64,000 nucleotides of DNA from an uncultured Verrucomicrobiae bacterium (GTDB lineage Bacteria; Verrucomicrobiota; Verrucomicrobiia; Chthoniobacterales; JAFAMB01). Below the pieces are notes generated by a model. It made no database searches. It was not told the DNA's origin and worked only from the letters and a program-made list of their open reading frames with translations. This document shows positions 32,674 to 44,758 of the stretch, one piece after another. Within the stretch, counting starts at the first letter, position 1. The number at the start of each line of letters is the position of its first letter. Made by a program: the position numbers and the translations under genes. The stretch is from assembly GCA_963782115.1 (NCBI GenBank), contig CAWAIK010000001.1, positions 544,001 to 608,000 on the forward strand. Direction: 5' to 3'.

Positions 32674-33826
32674 TCATAGAATGCGGTATTTGATTCGTGC
32701 CGCTTCCACCACGTGAGCTAGCGATGGTGTGGGCACGACGTGGTTTAACTGAAACCCGGCCGCCTGCAATAGTTCTTTCCATTCGGCCTGGGTACGCTCT
32801 TTGCCGTGCAAATGGACCAGCATTTGAATATCGAGGATTTTGGCAAACTGGTGCTCATTGCGAGCGCCGATCACTGCGTCTACCACCAGCAATTTTGTGC
32901 CGGGTTTTCAGCAACGGCATAAATGTTTTTCAGGATGCGCAGGCAATCCTCATCACTCCAATCATGCAAAATATTCTTGAGCAGGTAAGCGTCCGCTCCG
33001 CTGGGGATAGACTCAAAAAAATTGCCGCCCCTTACCTCAATCCGGCTTTCTAAGCCGTAGCTCTTGATAAAGCTGGGAGCACCTCTAACAACCTGCGGCA
33101 AATCGAACAGAATCCCTCGCATAGCCGGATACTTCTGCAAAACCAGAGACAAAATCAGTCCTTGGCTCCCTCCGATATCCGCCAAGGTGCGGATACCTGA
33201 GAAGTCATAGGTTTCTACCACCGCGGCGCCGGTAAGGACGGAAAAACTGCGCATCGCTTCGGCAAACAATTCCAGTTCATTAGGGTGCTTGTTGAAGTAT
33301 TCGAAAAGTTGCATCCCATGAACATGTTCGAAACGGAATCCTTGGCCTGTCGGTTGGTTGGGGGGACGAGTACGACTACACCGACACCGGCGAGAATATT
33401 GACATTACGTCGCTGCCCGACAGCGAATGCCGGAGTCCCCGCGCGGATGCAGTGGCCGAGTTCCATCCAAGCCCGCACCGACCACGGCCTGGTTGTCAGC
33501 TGGGCCATGCCCCACGCAGAATGCGGGAAATCCTTCCGAAGCGCGTCCGACCTCGGAGTTTGGACAAAGGTCCCATCCTCCTGCTCAGCAAAGATACCGT
33601 AACTAGCCAGCCCTCGCAGGAGTCGGTATAGCGAGGTCGGGTGCAGGCCCTTTACCTTCGCGATTTCTTCGGCGGTTTTGCCGCCGGTTTTGATCAAATC
33701 CGCAAGTTCCAGCTCAGCGGCTACGCCAATCATATCTGCCACCCAACGAGCGGTCATCAAATCTTGTACCTCTTGCGTAACTAGTTTTTCGATCGTACCT
33801 GGCGGCTCGTCCGGTTTAAGCTTCAT
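32674..33826 (-). pseudogene. O-methyltransferase (dimerisation plus methyltransferase domains), copy B, with insertion and frameshift
   Basis: LYRLLRGLAS, DIGGSQG, KNILHDWSDE, GKERTQAEW; interrupted at 33333-33423 and frameshifted near 32905. Confidence 0.9.
33333..33423 (+). other. 91-bp foreign insertion flanked by CGAA direct repeats; lysyl-oxidase-like coding fragment
   Basis: Absent from copy A; CGAA at 33329-33332 and 33424-33427; the + strand reads GILGLSVGWGDEYDYTDTGENIDITSLPD. Confidence 0.75.
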
Positions 33827-33962
33827 ATTCTTATGCTGAATTTGCGTGGCGGCTATTCTCTTCTTCTAACTGCCGAGCGGATCGGCAATTGTGGGAATAA
33901 ACCAGCGTTTTAACGTCTTCGGTTTCATTCTGAACAATCGAAAAGTGGCTAATCCCCAAGGC

Positions 33963-34240
33963 TCAACGAGAGAGCACCTTGTTCAGGCCGAAGACTTCTT
34001 CGAGCAGGCCTGTCGCTCGAGAAAGTCCGTTGGTCTTGGTAATCGCCTGCTGGAACTTACGCGCATTTTCGCGGTACATGGAATTGTTTAGCACCTCAGC
34101 AACAAGCGTTGAAAGATGGGAGACGGTTAGTTTCTCTAACGAAGCGACTACACCAGTCTGGTAGGCGGATATTCTCGCCGCCACACCGGGCTGATCATTA
34201 GTTACTGGGATGGCTACTTGGGGAACTCCTGCTGCAACTT
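33963..34240 (-). pseudogene. GT1/MGT glycosyltransferase C-terminal fragment
   Basis: GVPQVAIPVTNDQPGVAARI, YRENARKFQ. Confidence 0.8.
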
Positions 34241-34408
34241 TCTCCAATATTGCCATGTCGTGGAATGGTGACAGTATTGAACAGAACCGGGGCGGCTTCC
34301 TTGAGTGGGGCAGCTAAACTTCATAAATTTGGTGAACGGTTACTGACCGCAAGTGTCCCGTCTCATTACTATCATTCGAGCTGAAAGGCGATCGTTTCGC
34401 CGCATTCA

Positions 34409-35359
34409 TTATCGCTGATTCGCGAGCCGGTCGCAGTCTTGTATTTTCGAACCTAAGTCAATGGGGGTGGCTACCCACGTGTAACCGTCGCGATCCTTGC
34501 GAAGATGTCCGAGTCCGGGGAACGGGAAGTGGTAGGCCAGAATCGAGTGCCTTTCCTGCGCAATCCGGTCGAAATGCCGGATCCGGGTTTCGGCCGCCTT
34601 GGTGGAGTCATAGTCGAACTGGAACTCCCAGTGGGGCCGCTTGAGCAACAAAATCTGATGATGGCTTAAATCCCCGATATCGATCAGCGTCAGGCCTCGG
34701 CTCTGGGCGGCGTAAAGGTAATGCCCCGGGCTATGCCCGGTCGCCGCAATCGCGGTGATTCCCGGCACCACTTCCTCGCCATCTTCGATGAAAATCAAGG
34801 AGTCATGGTAGGGTAGGAGATTATGGTATGTGCCGCTGAAGTGTTGCTTCTGGTACTGAGTAGAAGCTTCTGGTATGCGCGACGGATCCGTCCAGTAGTT
34901 GTAATCGATAGCACTGATGGCGAGCCTCGCGTTGGGGTATAGACGATTGCCGTAGTCGTCTACCAATCCCCAGCAGTGGTCCGGATGCGCATGCGTGAGG
35001 GCCACGAGATCGATGTCCTCGGGCTGGATTCCTGCCGCGCGCATATTCGGGATGGCTCTGCCGACCTCCGGGCCAAAGCTCGACTTACCGAAGGCGTGAT
35101 TCACACCGCAGCCGGTATCAAAAAGCACCAGGTTCTTCCCCGTGTTCACGATCAGTAGGTTCTGATTCAACGTCATACTGTCCGTGGGCAGAAATGCACC
35201 GGCCAGTAACTCGCTGATTTCCCGAGGGTCGGCCTTGGGGAAAGCGTTTGCTGGCGGCCCCATGCTCATGGGGCCATCCGTCACCACCGTGCACTGGAAA
35301 TCCCCATGGCGGAAACGTGTCCAGCCGGCAAATGCCTGTTTCTGAAGAGGCGCGGTCAT
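34409..35359 (-). CDS. MBL-fold metallo-hydrolase
   Basis: LFDTG, THAHPDHCWG, GHSPGH, IGDLSH, YHFPFPGLG. Confidence 0.92.
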   Translation of the reverse strand: MTAPLQKQAFAGWTRFRHGDFQCTVVTDGPMSMGPPANAFPKADPREISELLAGAFLPTDSMTLNQNLLIVNTGKNLVLFDTGCGVNHAFGKSSFGPEVGRAIPNMRAAGIQPEDIDLVALTHAHPDHCWGLVDDYGNRLYPNARLAISAIDYNYWTDPSRIPEASTQYQKQHFSGTYHNLLPYHDSLIFIEDGEEVVPGITAIAATGHSPGHYLYAAQSRGLTLIDIGDLSHHQILLLKRPHWEFQFDYDSTKAAETRIRHFDRIAQERHSILAYHFPFPGLGHLRKDRDGYTWVATPIDLGSKIQDCDRLANQR

Positions 35360-35464
35360 AAAAGCATTTCCAGATTGCGAACTATCCTCTCGCTTTCGTT
35401 CCGGCATAGTCGGCGAGGCCAGAAATCCGCTTCTCGTCGCCACGGCGGGAGGTTAGGACGGAAC

Positions 35465-36079
35465 TGTACCCTTGACCCCGCTTATCAAGCTCAACTGCAA
35501 ATAGTGAATTTGCGCTCTTTGATTGTCCGTAAGCTGCCCACTTGTCATACGGTCTCTGGTTGAAATTCGGGTCACTGAAATCTACTCCACACCTGCTATG
35601 ACCGTAGGAAGAAAGGGCCACCACTCGCGCATTACCAGATTTCTTCAGCGCATCCCACAGTCTTGCCGTAAGCCGAAAATGTCCCAAATGATTAGTTGCA
35701 AATTGCATCTCGTTGCCGCGGCCGTCACGCATGAGCGGGGTTGCCATAATGCCTGCATTGTTGATGAGAAGATCGAGCCCACGATTTGAGTTTAGAAAAT
35801 CGTCAGCAAATCGATCGACAGAACTTGCACTAGCAAGATCCAACTGACCCACTTCAACGTTTTTCATTTTTGCAACGACCGCCTGCGCTTTCTCAGGATC
35901 CCGAGAACCGATAACAACGGTGGCTCCTGCGTTGGAGAGAACTCGCGTCGTCTCAAGCCCGAGACCGGCATGGCCACCGGTCACGATCGCGACCGTTCCT
36001 CGAAGATCGCGTCCGGCCAGCACTTCTTCGGCAGTCGTGGTCCAAGTCCTGATATCAACGGCTTTTGCTCAGTTATCAT
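35465..36079 (-). pseudogene. SDR oxidoreductase (retinol dehydrogenase-like), 5' frameshift and 3' truncation
   Basis: TGGHAGLG, NNAGIMA, TNHLGHF, YGQSKSAN; ends after ELDKRG. Confidence 0.85.
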
Positions 36080-36144
36080 ATTCACTCCTTTTATACAATT
36101 GACACTTATAGTATATGTATCTATAATCGGCTACTGGACTTGGA

Positions 36145-36720
36145 ATGTCAAATAATATGGTTGCGAGTGATGTAAAGAGACAACAGATACTTTCGGCTGC
36201 GCTCGGGGTTTTCTTTAAGTATGGCTACAAGCGAGTGTCTATGAATGAGATCGCCGAGGCCGCTGGAATCTCGCGGCCCGGTCTCTATTTGCATTTTAAA
36301 AGCAAGGAGGAGGTTTTTAACGCGGCCATCCTTCAATTTGCAGATGGTCTCATCGAGGAGATATCAAAAGGGATTGCATCGCGGAAAACGATCGAAGAAA
36401 AAGTTCGTTACGTTTTTGAGGTTTGGACCATACAAAGGTTTGATCTCACTTTGAAATCGCCGGAAGCAAAAGAGGTCAGCGATTCTTCTTATGCGTTTGC
36501 TCGAGAGACTCTTGACCAGAGCTACGAAAAACTTGAGTCAGTTCTCGCGTCTATTCTGAATGGACATGTGACCTGTAGGGCCAACAAAAAAGCGCTTTCT
36601 GCGGAAAGAATGGCGCATATTTTAACCAGTGCCGTACGTGGATTTAAATTAGTTGCTAACAGCGCCACTGAGCTTCGTAAATTGATTCGAGACTTGGTTT
36701 TGATCATTCTTGCGGCCTAA
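36145..36720 (+). CDS. TetR/AcrR regulator
   Basis: SMNEIAEAAGISRPGLYLHFKSKEEVF. Confidence 0.92.
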   Translation: MSNNMVASDVKRQQILSAALGVFFKYGYKRVSMNEIAEAAGISRPGLYLHFKSKEEVFNAAILQFADGLIEEISKGIASRKTIEEKVRYVFEVWTIQRFDLTLKSPEAKEVSDSSYAFARETLDQSYEKLESVLASILNGHVTCRANKKALSAERMAHILTSAVRGFKLVANSATELRKLIRDLVLIILAA

Positions 36721-36964
36721 TAAACCTCAGGAGCTCGGTGATCGTCCCTTTTTTCTCCCAATTGCCGTAATCGCTGCCCTAACTGACATCAACTGACATG
36801 TCAATCGAGTGCGTCAGAGGCCAATGCCACCTTGGCTCACCTATTCACGCGGCCAGGAGAAAGCGTTGACTTTGGTGGCCGAAATCGGGGGCTGCTGCGC
36901 TTATTGGACAGCGCGCCGCGGCTCCGTTGGTGCTTCGCTTTTTTGAAATAAAAGCCGATCAGAC

Positions 36965-39900
36965 TTAACTGTTTAACGTCTTCGGCTTCACTCTGAGCAA
37001 TCGCAAAGTGGCTACGAAAAAGAGTGGCACGAAAAAAATGGCCAAGACAGTGGCGGAAAGCATGCCCCCGATGGTGCCTGTGCCTATGGCATTTTGACTG
37101 CCGGAACCGGCGCCGCTTGAGACGGCCAACGGCGTGACACCCATGATAAAGGCGAACGAAGTCATCAGAATTGGACGCAAACGCCGGGCGGCTGCGTGTT
37201 TTGCGGCTTCGACGAGATTCATTCCTTTCTCGAAGTTTTCTTTCGCGAATTCAACGATCAGGATTGCGTTTTTGGCAGAAAGCCCAATCGTTATTAGAAG
37301 GCCCACTTGAAAAAAGACATCATTCGATAGGCCTCGCAGAAAAGTAGCCAAGACAGCGCCCAAGACTCCAAGTGGAACAACCAGAATGACGGCCACAGGA
37401 ATGGACCAGCTCTCGTAAAGGGCGGCCAAAGAAAGAAAGACGACCGTTAGCGAGATCGCATACAATACTCCAACTTGGGAACCTGCCGCCCGTTCTTCAT
37501 AGGAGAGCCCAGTCCAATCGAATCCGATGCCCGGCGGCAGCCTCCCAGCCAGTTTTTCCATTGTATCCATGGCTGAACCAGTGCTTAATCCGGGCGCGGG
37601 TTCACCCAGAATTTCAGCGGACGGACTGCCATTGTAACGCTCGAGTTTTGGCGAACCATAGATCCATGAGCCTTGCGAAAACGCGGCAAACGGTACCATT
37701 TGCCGGAGGCTATTGCGAACATACCAGTCGTTGAAGTTTTTTGGAACCATTCGCGAGTTGTCCATGCCTTGAATAAACACTTTTTTGACTCGGCCACGAT
37801 CCGTAAACTGGTCGATGAACTCGGATCCCCAAGCGGCGGAGAGGGTAGTGTTCACATCCGACACAGTCAGACTGAGCGCGTTTGCTTTTTCGCGGTCGAT
37901 CTCGATTTTGTATTGTGGTTCGTCGTTTAACCCATTGGAGCGAACTGCCGCCAAGCTCGGATTTTGGCCAGCCATCCTAAGGAGCTGGTTCCGCGCTTCC
38001 ATCAACTTGGCGTGACCTACGTTCGCCTGGTCGATCAACTCGAAATCGAACCCGGTTGCATTTCCGAGCTCAATTGCCGCGGGTGGAGCGAACGCGAAGG
38101 CTAGTGCGTCCCGATACTGCAGGAACTGGCCCATGGCGCGCCTGGCGATTGCTTGAACTCGGTTATTCGCGCCGGGCCGTTCCGCCCAATCCTTGAGCCT
38201 GACGAAAATGAGCCCGGAGCTTTGACCGTGACCGCCGAAACTGAAGCCGGCAACGGTGAGCACTGAATCGACCGCAGCACGTTCTTTGGTTAGGAAATAT
38301 TCATTCATCCGGTCCAATACGTACTGCGTGTATTTCTGGGGTGTTCCCGGAGGGGTGGTGACCTGTGCAAATAGGATCCCTTGATCCTCATCTGGTAGAA
38401 ACGATCTGGGTAGGCGTGTAAACAGAAATCCCATGGCTCCAACTATCGCCAGATAGATCACAAAGTGACGGCCGCCACGCCGGATCATATAGCCGACCCC
38501 GGACGTGTACCCGCGGTTGCCGGCGTCGAATACGCGGTTGAACCACCCGAAGAACCCACGCTTCTTTTCCTGGTGCCCGTTTTTGACCGGCTTCAAAAGG
38601 GTCGCACAAAGGGCCGGCGTGAAGATGATCGCGACCAATACGGATAGTATCATCGCCGAGACGATGGTGATCGAGAATTGACGATAGATGACTCCGGTTG
38701 AGCCACCAAAGAAAGCCATCGGAACGAAAACAGCGGACAACACTAGCGCGATGCCGACCAAGGCGCCGGTGATTTGGTTCATCGATTTTATGGTTGCCTC
38801 TTTCGGTGAGAGCCCTTCCTCGGCCATCAGACGCTCCACGTTCTCGACAACAACAATGGCGTCATCCACCAAAAGTCCGATGGCCAGAACCATACCAAAC
38901 ATGGTTAGTGTATTGATCGAGAAGCCAGTGAGCGAGAGCACAGCAAAAGTACCGAGCAGAATAACAGGAACGGCAATGGTCGGAATTAGTGTGGCCCGAA
39001 TGTTCTGCAGAAAAAGATACATCACGAGGAACACCAAAACGATCGCCTCTATCAATGTTTTGACCACTTCTTCGATTGAAATTTCGACGAATGGCGTCGT
39101 GTCGTATGGGTATTCGGCTACGACGCCGTGAGGAAAGGTTGGCTTCAGTCTTTCAATCGTGGCCTTGACGGCCTCGGCGGTCTTGAGGGCATTCGCGCCC
39201 GTCGCCAGTTTGACCGCGATGGCGGAAGCCGGTTTGCCATTGTACTTCGTATCGGTTGAATAATTCTCACTACCCAGGCTGACCGTTGCGACATCGTGTA
39301 GACGGACCTGGGAACCATCCGGATTGACTTTCAGAAGAATATTGCCGAATTCCTCAGCCGTTTGCAGGCGCGAGGGACCGATCACAGTCGCGTTGAGCTG
39401 CTGTTTCGAAATTGAGGGCAGTCCACCCAATTCTCCGGACGAGATTTGGACGTTTTGCGCGGTGATTGCGTTGCCGATGTCGACCGGGGTGAGTCCATAG
39501 TTATTTAACTTCGCCGGATCGAGCCAAATGCGCATGGCGTATTGAGCTCCGCCAAAGGTCTGAAAATCGCCGACACCGTTGGTGCGGCTAATTGACTACG
39601 TACTTAATCTGATTTTGAGATATTTTTTTTTAGCAAAGGGCATTGGTCTTTCATCTGGAGTTTTTCGGTCAGCATGAAGAGCATTGCCATCATCACCAGT
39701 GCCATATGATGGTGCCACGCATTCCAAAGGCGCACCTGGTAGTCCGCCATGCCGCACTGACCCTTGCCATCCTCAAAGCACCGTTCTACCCAATAGCGTT
39801 GTCTCTGCATCCAGCTTAGACGCCGCGTCGAGGTCGACGGATTTAGGTTGGTCAATGAATACTTCCGATCTTCTCCGTCCATGTTCTCGGTGACCAAGAG

Positions 39901-41260
39901 TTCATAGCGACGCGCCTGCTCGCTCTGCTTGTCCCACACATCTACGCTCTTACGTAACACCCGAAGTTTGAGCGAGCCCCGAGTAGTTTCTCTGACATTG
40001 CAAATCTTCCAATCTTTCAGGGAGTATGATTCCACCAACTCCTCGACGCTCAGACCCTTCTTTCCGGTAATCTTGCGCCTTGCTTTGGGCCCCTTACTTG
40101 AAGGCTCTGGTGGAATGGCGGGCTGCGGATCAATCTCGTAGACCATGAAGCTCTTGTGAACGTCGACCAGGAAGTTGTGGCCGCCATCCTCCAAAGCAAA
40201 GAGAAAATCCGGACCGCTGCCATAGCCCGCATCGGCTCCAACCCAGCCAAAGCGCACTCCGTTGCGACGGGCCTGCTCAACGATTTCCAGAGCCAGTTGG
40301 TTTTTGGTCTTAAAGACCTGTTCGCTTTCCGGGATGCCAGCCCGGTTGCATCGCTGCGGATCATCGGTCCATTCTTTGGGCAAGTAGAGCCGAGTATCAA
40401 TGGCTGTGGCAAAACGTCCCTTGGCCAAAACTCCGAAGACTGCCACCTGCCCATTATCGACCTTACCCAATCGCCCTAGGTATTGACGACTGGCGCCGAC
40501 AGACATCTTGCCTTGTTTGGCAAACCCACTCTCGTCGATAATCAGCGCGGCGTCCGTTGTATCCCCGATCAACTCATCTGCATCGCGTGCCACATGATCA
40601 AGCACTTCACGCGTGCTCCATTTAGAGTGAGTGATAAACTGCTGCAGATTTCGTTCGTCGGTGTCCGGCACTACCTCTGAAATCGCGTAGATATTTTTAC
40701 GCGAGCCTGCCTGCATCAAGCCGGAAGCATACTGCCTAGCCTTCTCAGACACATCCCGCGCTAACCGGATCCTGGATGTTGGAGACAATGAAATCTCCGA
40801 TATCTCCGGAACTCATGGAAGCGTCCGTCGAAACGAACGCTACCGCGAGCAAGAAGTTCTTGGTGGCTTTCGAAACGCGGATGCCCTGTTGCTGAACCTC
40901 TGGGGGCAGCAACGCAGTCGCTAGTTGCAATTTGTTTTGCACCTGTACTTGAGCGATGTCGGGATTCGTTCCCTGCTTAAAGTTAAGCGTGATCGTCATG
41001 CTCCCATCCTTGTCGCTCTCGGAGGAGAAATAGATCAGGTTGTCGATCCCATTTAGCTGCTGTTCGATCACCTGGACCACGGTGCTTTGAACAGTTTCAG
41101 GCGATGCCCCTGGATCGGTAACCGTAATAGAAACAGCAGGTGGCGCAATGCTTGGATATTGCGCCACAGGCAGGTTGGTAATGGATAGCGCACCAGCCAG
41201 CATCAAAATGATGGCAATAACCCAGGCGAAAACGGGGCGGTTGATAAAGAAATTCGCCAT
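36965..41260 (-). pseudogene. acrB: AcrB/MexB-type RND efflux permease interrupted by an IS701 relic
   Basis: [47 protein letters not shown]. Joining 41260-40761 to 39587-36965 gives 3123 nt in frame (IQDPVSRTNGVG). Confidence 0.93.
39592..40760 (-). mobile_element. IS701-family element, 5' end and part of the transposase deleted
   Basis: IIDESGFAKQG, GKVDNGQV, ADAGYG, RYWVERCFEDGKG, WHHHMAL; CTAA direct repeats at 39588-39591 and 40761-40764; no start codon for the transposase inside the insert. Confidence 0.88.
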
Positions 41261-41274
41261 GGCGGCTTTCCCTT

Positions 41275-42444
41275 TTACTTTCCGGCGACAGGATATCCGT
41301 CCACAGTGAGTGTGACGGTTTTGACTTCGGCTCCGGGCGCAATCTTCTGCAAACCATCGACAATCACCTTGTCGCCTGCGCTTAAACCGGACGTCACAAG
41401 CCAGTTTTCTCCGATCGTACGTTCAGTGTGAAGCGTGCGGAGTTCGACCTTGTTGTTCGTTCCTACAACTAACGCGGTGGGCTGACCCTGCTGATTGCGA
41501 GTAACGGCCCGTTGCGGAACGAGGATGGCTTGTTGATTCACGCCTTCCTCAACTTGCGCACGAACGAACATGCCGGGGAGCAAGACCTGGCGCGGGTTGG
41601 GAAACACGGCTCGCAAGGTGACTGAGCCAGTTCCTTGATCGACGCTGACTTCGGAAAACTGGAGAGTGCCCTTTTGCGGATATTCCGTACCGTCTTCAAG
41701 AATCAGGCGCACCTCGGCATTTTGATCGCGAACGGATTTGAGCTGACCGTTATTCAATTCACGCTGCAACCGCAGGAGTTGGCTGCTGGATTGCGTAAGA
41801 TCGACATAGATCGGGTTGAGTTGCTGGACGGTTGCCAGCGCACTGGGTTGACCATTGGTCACCAAAGCGCCTTCCGTCACCGAAGAACGACCGATGCGCC
41901 CGGAAATCGGTGACAAAACCTTGGTGTAAGTCTGATTAATTTGTGCAGTCTCCACCGACGCTTTATTCAAGGCGACATCCGCTTCCGCTTCTTTCATCGC
42001 GGCGTAGGCAGTGTCGTAATCCTGTGGAGCAATAACATGTGTATCCACTAACTTTTTCTGGCGTTGTTCGGTCAACCTGTCGACTGTCAGAGTCGCTTCC
42101 GCTTTGGCGAGATTGGCCTTAGCGCTGTCATAGGCTGCCTGGTAGCTTGCCGGATCAATCTGATAAAGCTGTTGGCCTTCCGTTACTTCGCTCCCCTCGG
42201 TAAACATCCGTTTCATGATGATCCCATTGACTTGCGGGCGAACATCCGAAATTCGGAAAGCAGTCGTCCGTCCCGGCAGTTCCTCCGTAATCGAAACCGG
42301 CTGTGCAGTGAGGGTGACGACTCCGACTTCCTGAATGTCGGTGGGAAGTCCTGCAGAGGCATCGGAGTGGTCGGACTTACCACAGCCGGATAAAGTGATA
42401 ACAAGGAGGCAGAGATTAAACCGGAGGAAAAAAGAAAGTTTCAT
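41275..42444 (-). CDS. acrA: AcrA/MexA-type periplasmic adaptor lipoprotein
   Basis: Lipobox [32 protein letters not shown]. Confidence 0.93.
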   Translation of the reverse strand: MKLSFFLRFNLCLLVITLSGCGKSDHSDASAGLPTDIQEVGVVTLTAQPVSITEELPGRTTAFRISDVRPQVNGIIMKRMFTEGSEVTEGQQLYQIDPASYQAAYDSAKANLAKAEATLTVDRLTEQRQKKLVDTHVIAPQDYDTAYAAMKEAEADVALNKASVETAQINQTYTKVLSPISGRIGRSSVTEGALVTNGQPSALATVQQLNPIYVDLTQSSSQLLRLQRELNNGQLKSVRDQNAEVRLILEDGTEYPQKGTLQFSEVSVDQGTGSVTLRAVFPNPRQVLLPGMFVRAQVEEGVNQQAILVPQRAVTRNQQGQPTALVVGTNNKVELRTLHTERTIGENWLVTSGLSAGDKVIVDGLQKIAPGAEVKTVTLTVDGYPVAGK

Positions 42445-42500
42445 AGGTTCAGGCAATGGGGGAAACGGGATCAATCGGGCAAAAGATCCGTAATTTTACA

Positions 42501-43350
42501 AGTGACGTTTCCGTTCATTCATCACTGGACAATCAAGAGATTTTTGTGATTGCAAACGGATAAGAACCAGCCTTTCTCCTGTCCATACCAGTTATAGAAT
42601 AGGTTTGCTCTTCTCTTGGGAATCCTGGCATTTTCGATTTCAGCTAACTGCTCAACGAGTTGAAGTTTATAAGTGATATTCTTGTTCATTCGTCACCACA
42701 CAACCAAAAAATGAGTTATTTTAGAGAACGGCCGAGAAATCGGACCATCTCACGAATCCGCTTTTCATTTAATTCTCGACCTTCCTGCTGATAAAGATGC
42801 GGCGTTCTAATCAAGATCAGGCAATCAAAGAGGACGTGCGCTGTCGCCAATGCATCCCCGGATTTGAATTCGCCGGTGCTCATCCCTTCTCTCACCAGTT
42901 TCGCGAGCGTTTGTAATAGAAACTTGTCGAACGCGCCGACGCAATCCCACTTTTGTTCGTAGGCCCGGATCATCAACTTGAAAACCTGTCGTTCGTTGCG
43001 CAGAATATCCGTAGTGTGCCGGTAAACGGTCAGGAGCACCTTTTCGATTCGATCCAATGCCGCACTGGATGAAGCGATGTGCCGATGCACGGCTTCGGTG
43101 AGAGCCACCAGATTTCGGTCGGCACTTGCCTGTATAATGGCTTCTTTGGAGGAAAAGAATTTGTAAATATTTGCCGGCGACATGGCCAATTCCGCGGCGA
43201 TATCCGCCACCGTTGTTTTTCCGAAACCGAACTGACGAAACAACTCGTCAGCTTTGACCATGATACGCTCACGCGTTTCCTCGCGGGTCAAACGTTTGCG
43301 GGCAGAATGGGTGGTGGTGATAGAAGTGATTAAGTATGTTATTCGTCACT
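42501..43350. promoter_or_regulatory. Three 26-bp putative TetR operators
   Basis: AGTGA-N16-TCAC(T/C) boxes at 42501-42526, 42672-42697 and 43325-43350, all ending ATTC(G/A)TCAC. Confidence 0.7.
42716..43291 (-). CDS. TetR regulator of the RND operon
   Basis: TTVADIAAELAMSPANIYKFFSSKEAI; the true start may be slightly upstream. Confidence 0.9.
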   Translation of the reverse strand: MTREETRERIMVKADELFRQFGFGKTTVADIAAELAMSPANIYKFFSSKEAIIQASADRNLVALTEAVHRHIASSSAALDRIEKVLLTVYRHTTDILRNERQVFKLMIRAYEQKWDCVGAFDKFLLQTLAKLVREGMSTGEFKSGDALATAHVLFDCLILIRTPHLYQQEGRELNEKRIREMVRFLGRSLK

Positions 43351-43404
43351 AATTGCCTTGTCAAATGATTGGAGTGCAAGTTGGCTTCAAGAAAGCTGCT
43401 GTCC

Positions 43405-44124
43405 TTAATTCGATCGTAAGGTGACTTGTGGAATAGGTAGCTTCAAAGCTCTTAAGACGTCGGGGTCAATCCGTCCGGTGGTGGGCAATCCCTGTGCCTC
43501 TTGGAACGCTCGAATTGCGCGGCTGCCGTCTGGGCCGATCACTCCGTCAATCGGGCCACGGTAATAGCCCCGCCGGGAAAGCGCCCATTCTACTTTCATC
43601 GCCAGATCTTGCCAATACTGGTCACCGTAAGCCGGTGCGGAATCGGTGTACGCATCCTCGTCGGAATATCCGTAGTCGACGTATCCGTAGTCGACGTATC
43701 CGTAGTCAGGGTACCACCAATAAGGAAAACCAAACGCAACCAAATCAAAATCATTGAAGAAATGGCGATGATGGCGTTCGTCGTTATCCCGGGAATCCCC
43801 ATGGTGCCCAAAGTCGTGATTCCGGAAGCGGCCATCGTTATGACGCCAAAACCCAATTTCATTGCCGCGGCCCGCACGCAAAGGCACATCATGAGATCCG
43901 AGTCCGCGAGCGAATCCGGATGCCCTGGAAAAATGAGCGACCGTTGCTGAGTGCCCTCCCATACTGAATCCCCGACCAGCGAAGCCGCCATGAAATCCCC
44001 CGCCGTGGAAACCTCCACCGCTACTGTGGAACCCCCCACTACCAGGAGGAGCTCCGCGAGACGCGGGCGATAAGGCTAAGAATCCGATTGCTGTCAAACA
44101 GACCACCAGCGGATGCATTTTCAT
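43405..44124 (-). CDS. Secreted Gly-rich peptidoglycan-binding protein, paralogue of 24398-25072
   Basis: Signal peptide, GGFH repeats, near-identical C-terminal half. Confidence 0.85.
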   Translation of the reverse strand: MKMHPLVVCLTAIGFLALSPASRGAPPGSGGFHSSGGGFHGGGFHGGFAGRGFSMGGHSATVAHFSRASGFARGLGSHDVPLRAGRGNEIGFWRHNDGRFRNHDFGHHGDSRDNDERHHRHFFNDFDLVAFGFPYWWYPDYGYVDYGYVDYGYSDEDAYTDSAPAYGDQYWQDLAMKVEWALSRRGYYRGPIDGVIGPDGSRAIRAFQEAQGLPTTGRIDPDVLRALKLPIPQVTLRSN

Positions 44125-44758
44125 TGATTCAACCTCTCTTTCTATAGCTTTGGAGAGAGGAAGCACGGCGCCGGTCAGACCCTTTGCCAAGCCCTTAGAT
44201 CCACCTCCGCAACGACCCTGGTAAGCGCTGCTACCACATCCATAAACACGATCATGCGCTCACGTTTGTCAACATAAAATACGAGCACTTGCTCACGATG
44301 TCCGGTCCGCCTATCTCCATCCAGGACCGGGACGGCTTCTGTGGGAAATGTAAATCGTGGCGGTCATAAACTCTGAGTCCTAGCCAAATCGTGAGGAACT
44401 GCTCGCAAATGCAAATCTGCAGTGCGCGCTCCAGAATGACGATCTTCCTCCAGCAAGCTCCTGCTGCGAGATGGGGCGATTTCTACGATCGAGTGATTCG
44501 GGAGCTGGTCGCTATTCTATTTGTCGCGTCGAGCGTGACACTGGGTTTTGCCCAAAACAAACGTACGGATTTAGCCTCAAATCAACCAGGGGTTGCGCCT
44601 TCTACCAACGATTGGAGGGCGTCATGAAATACACAACGCTCGAACCAGAAGGTCGCGGATTCACGCCGCACTGAATACGACTTTCCCATCGTGGACAAAG
44701 AGCGGACCTGGAATATCCATCGATGTGATGGCTCCGATCGCGAAAGTACACGGGTGTA

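Noticed and set aside
39604..40788. 394-aa ORF as an intact IS701 transposase
   Set aside because: Its start and first codons come from out-of-frame acrB sequence outside the CTAA repeat
22666..44124. Near-identical repeat pairs (OMT, PG-binding) as DGR template and variable regions
   Set aside because: No reverse transcriptase seen, and the mismatches I inspected are not adenine-specific
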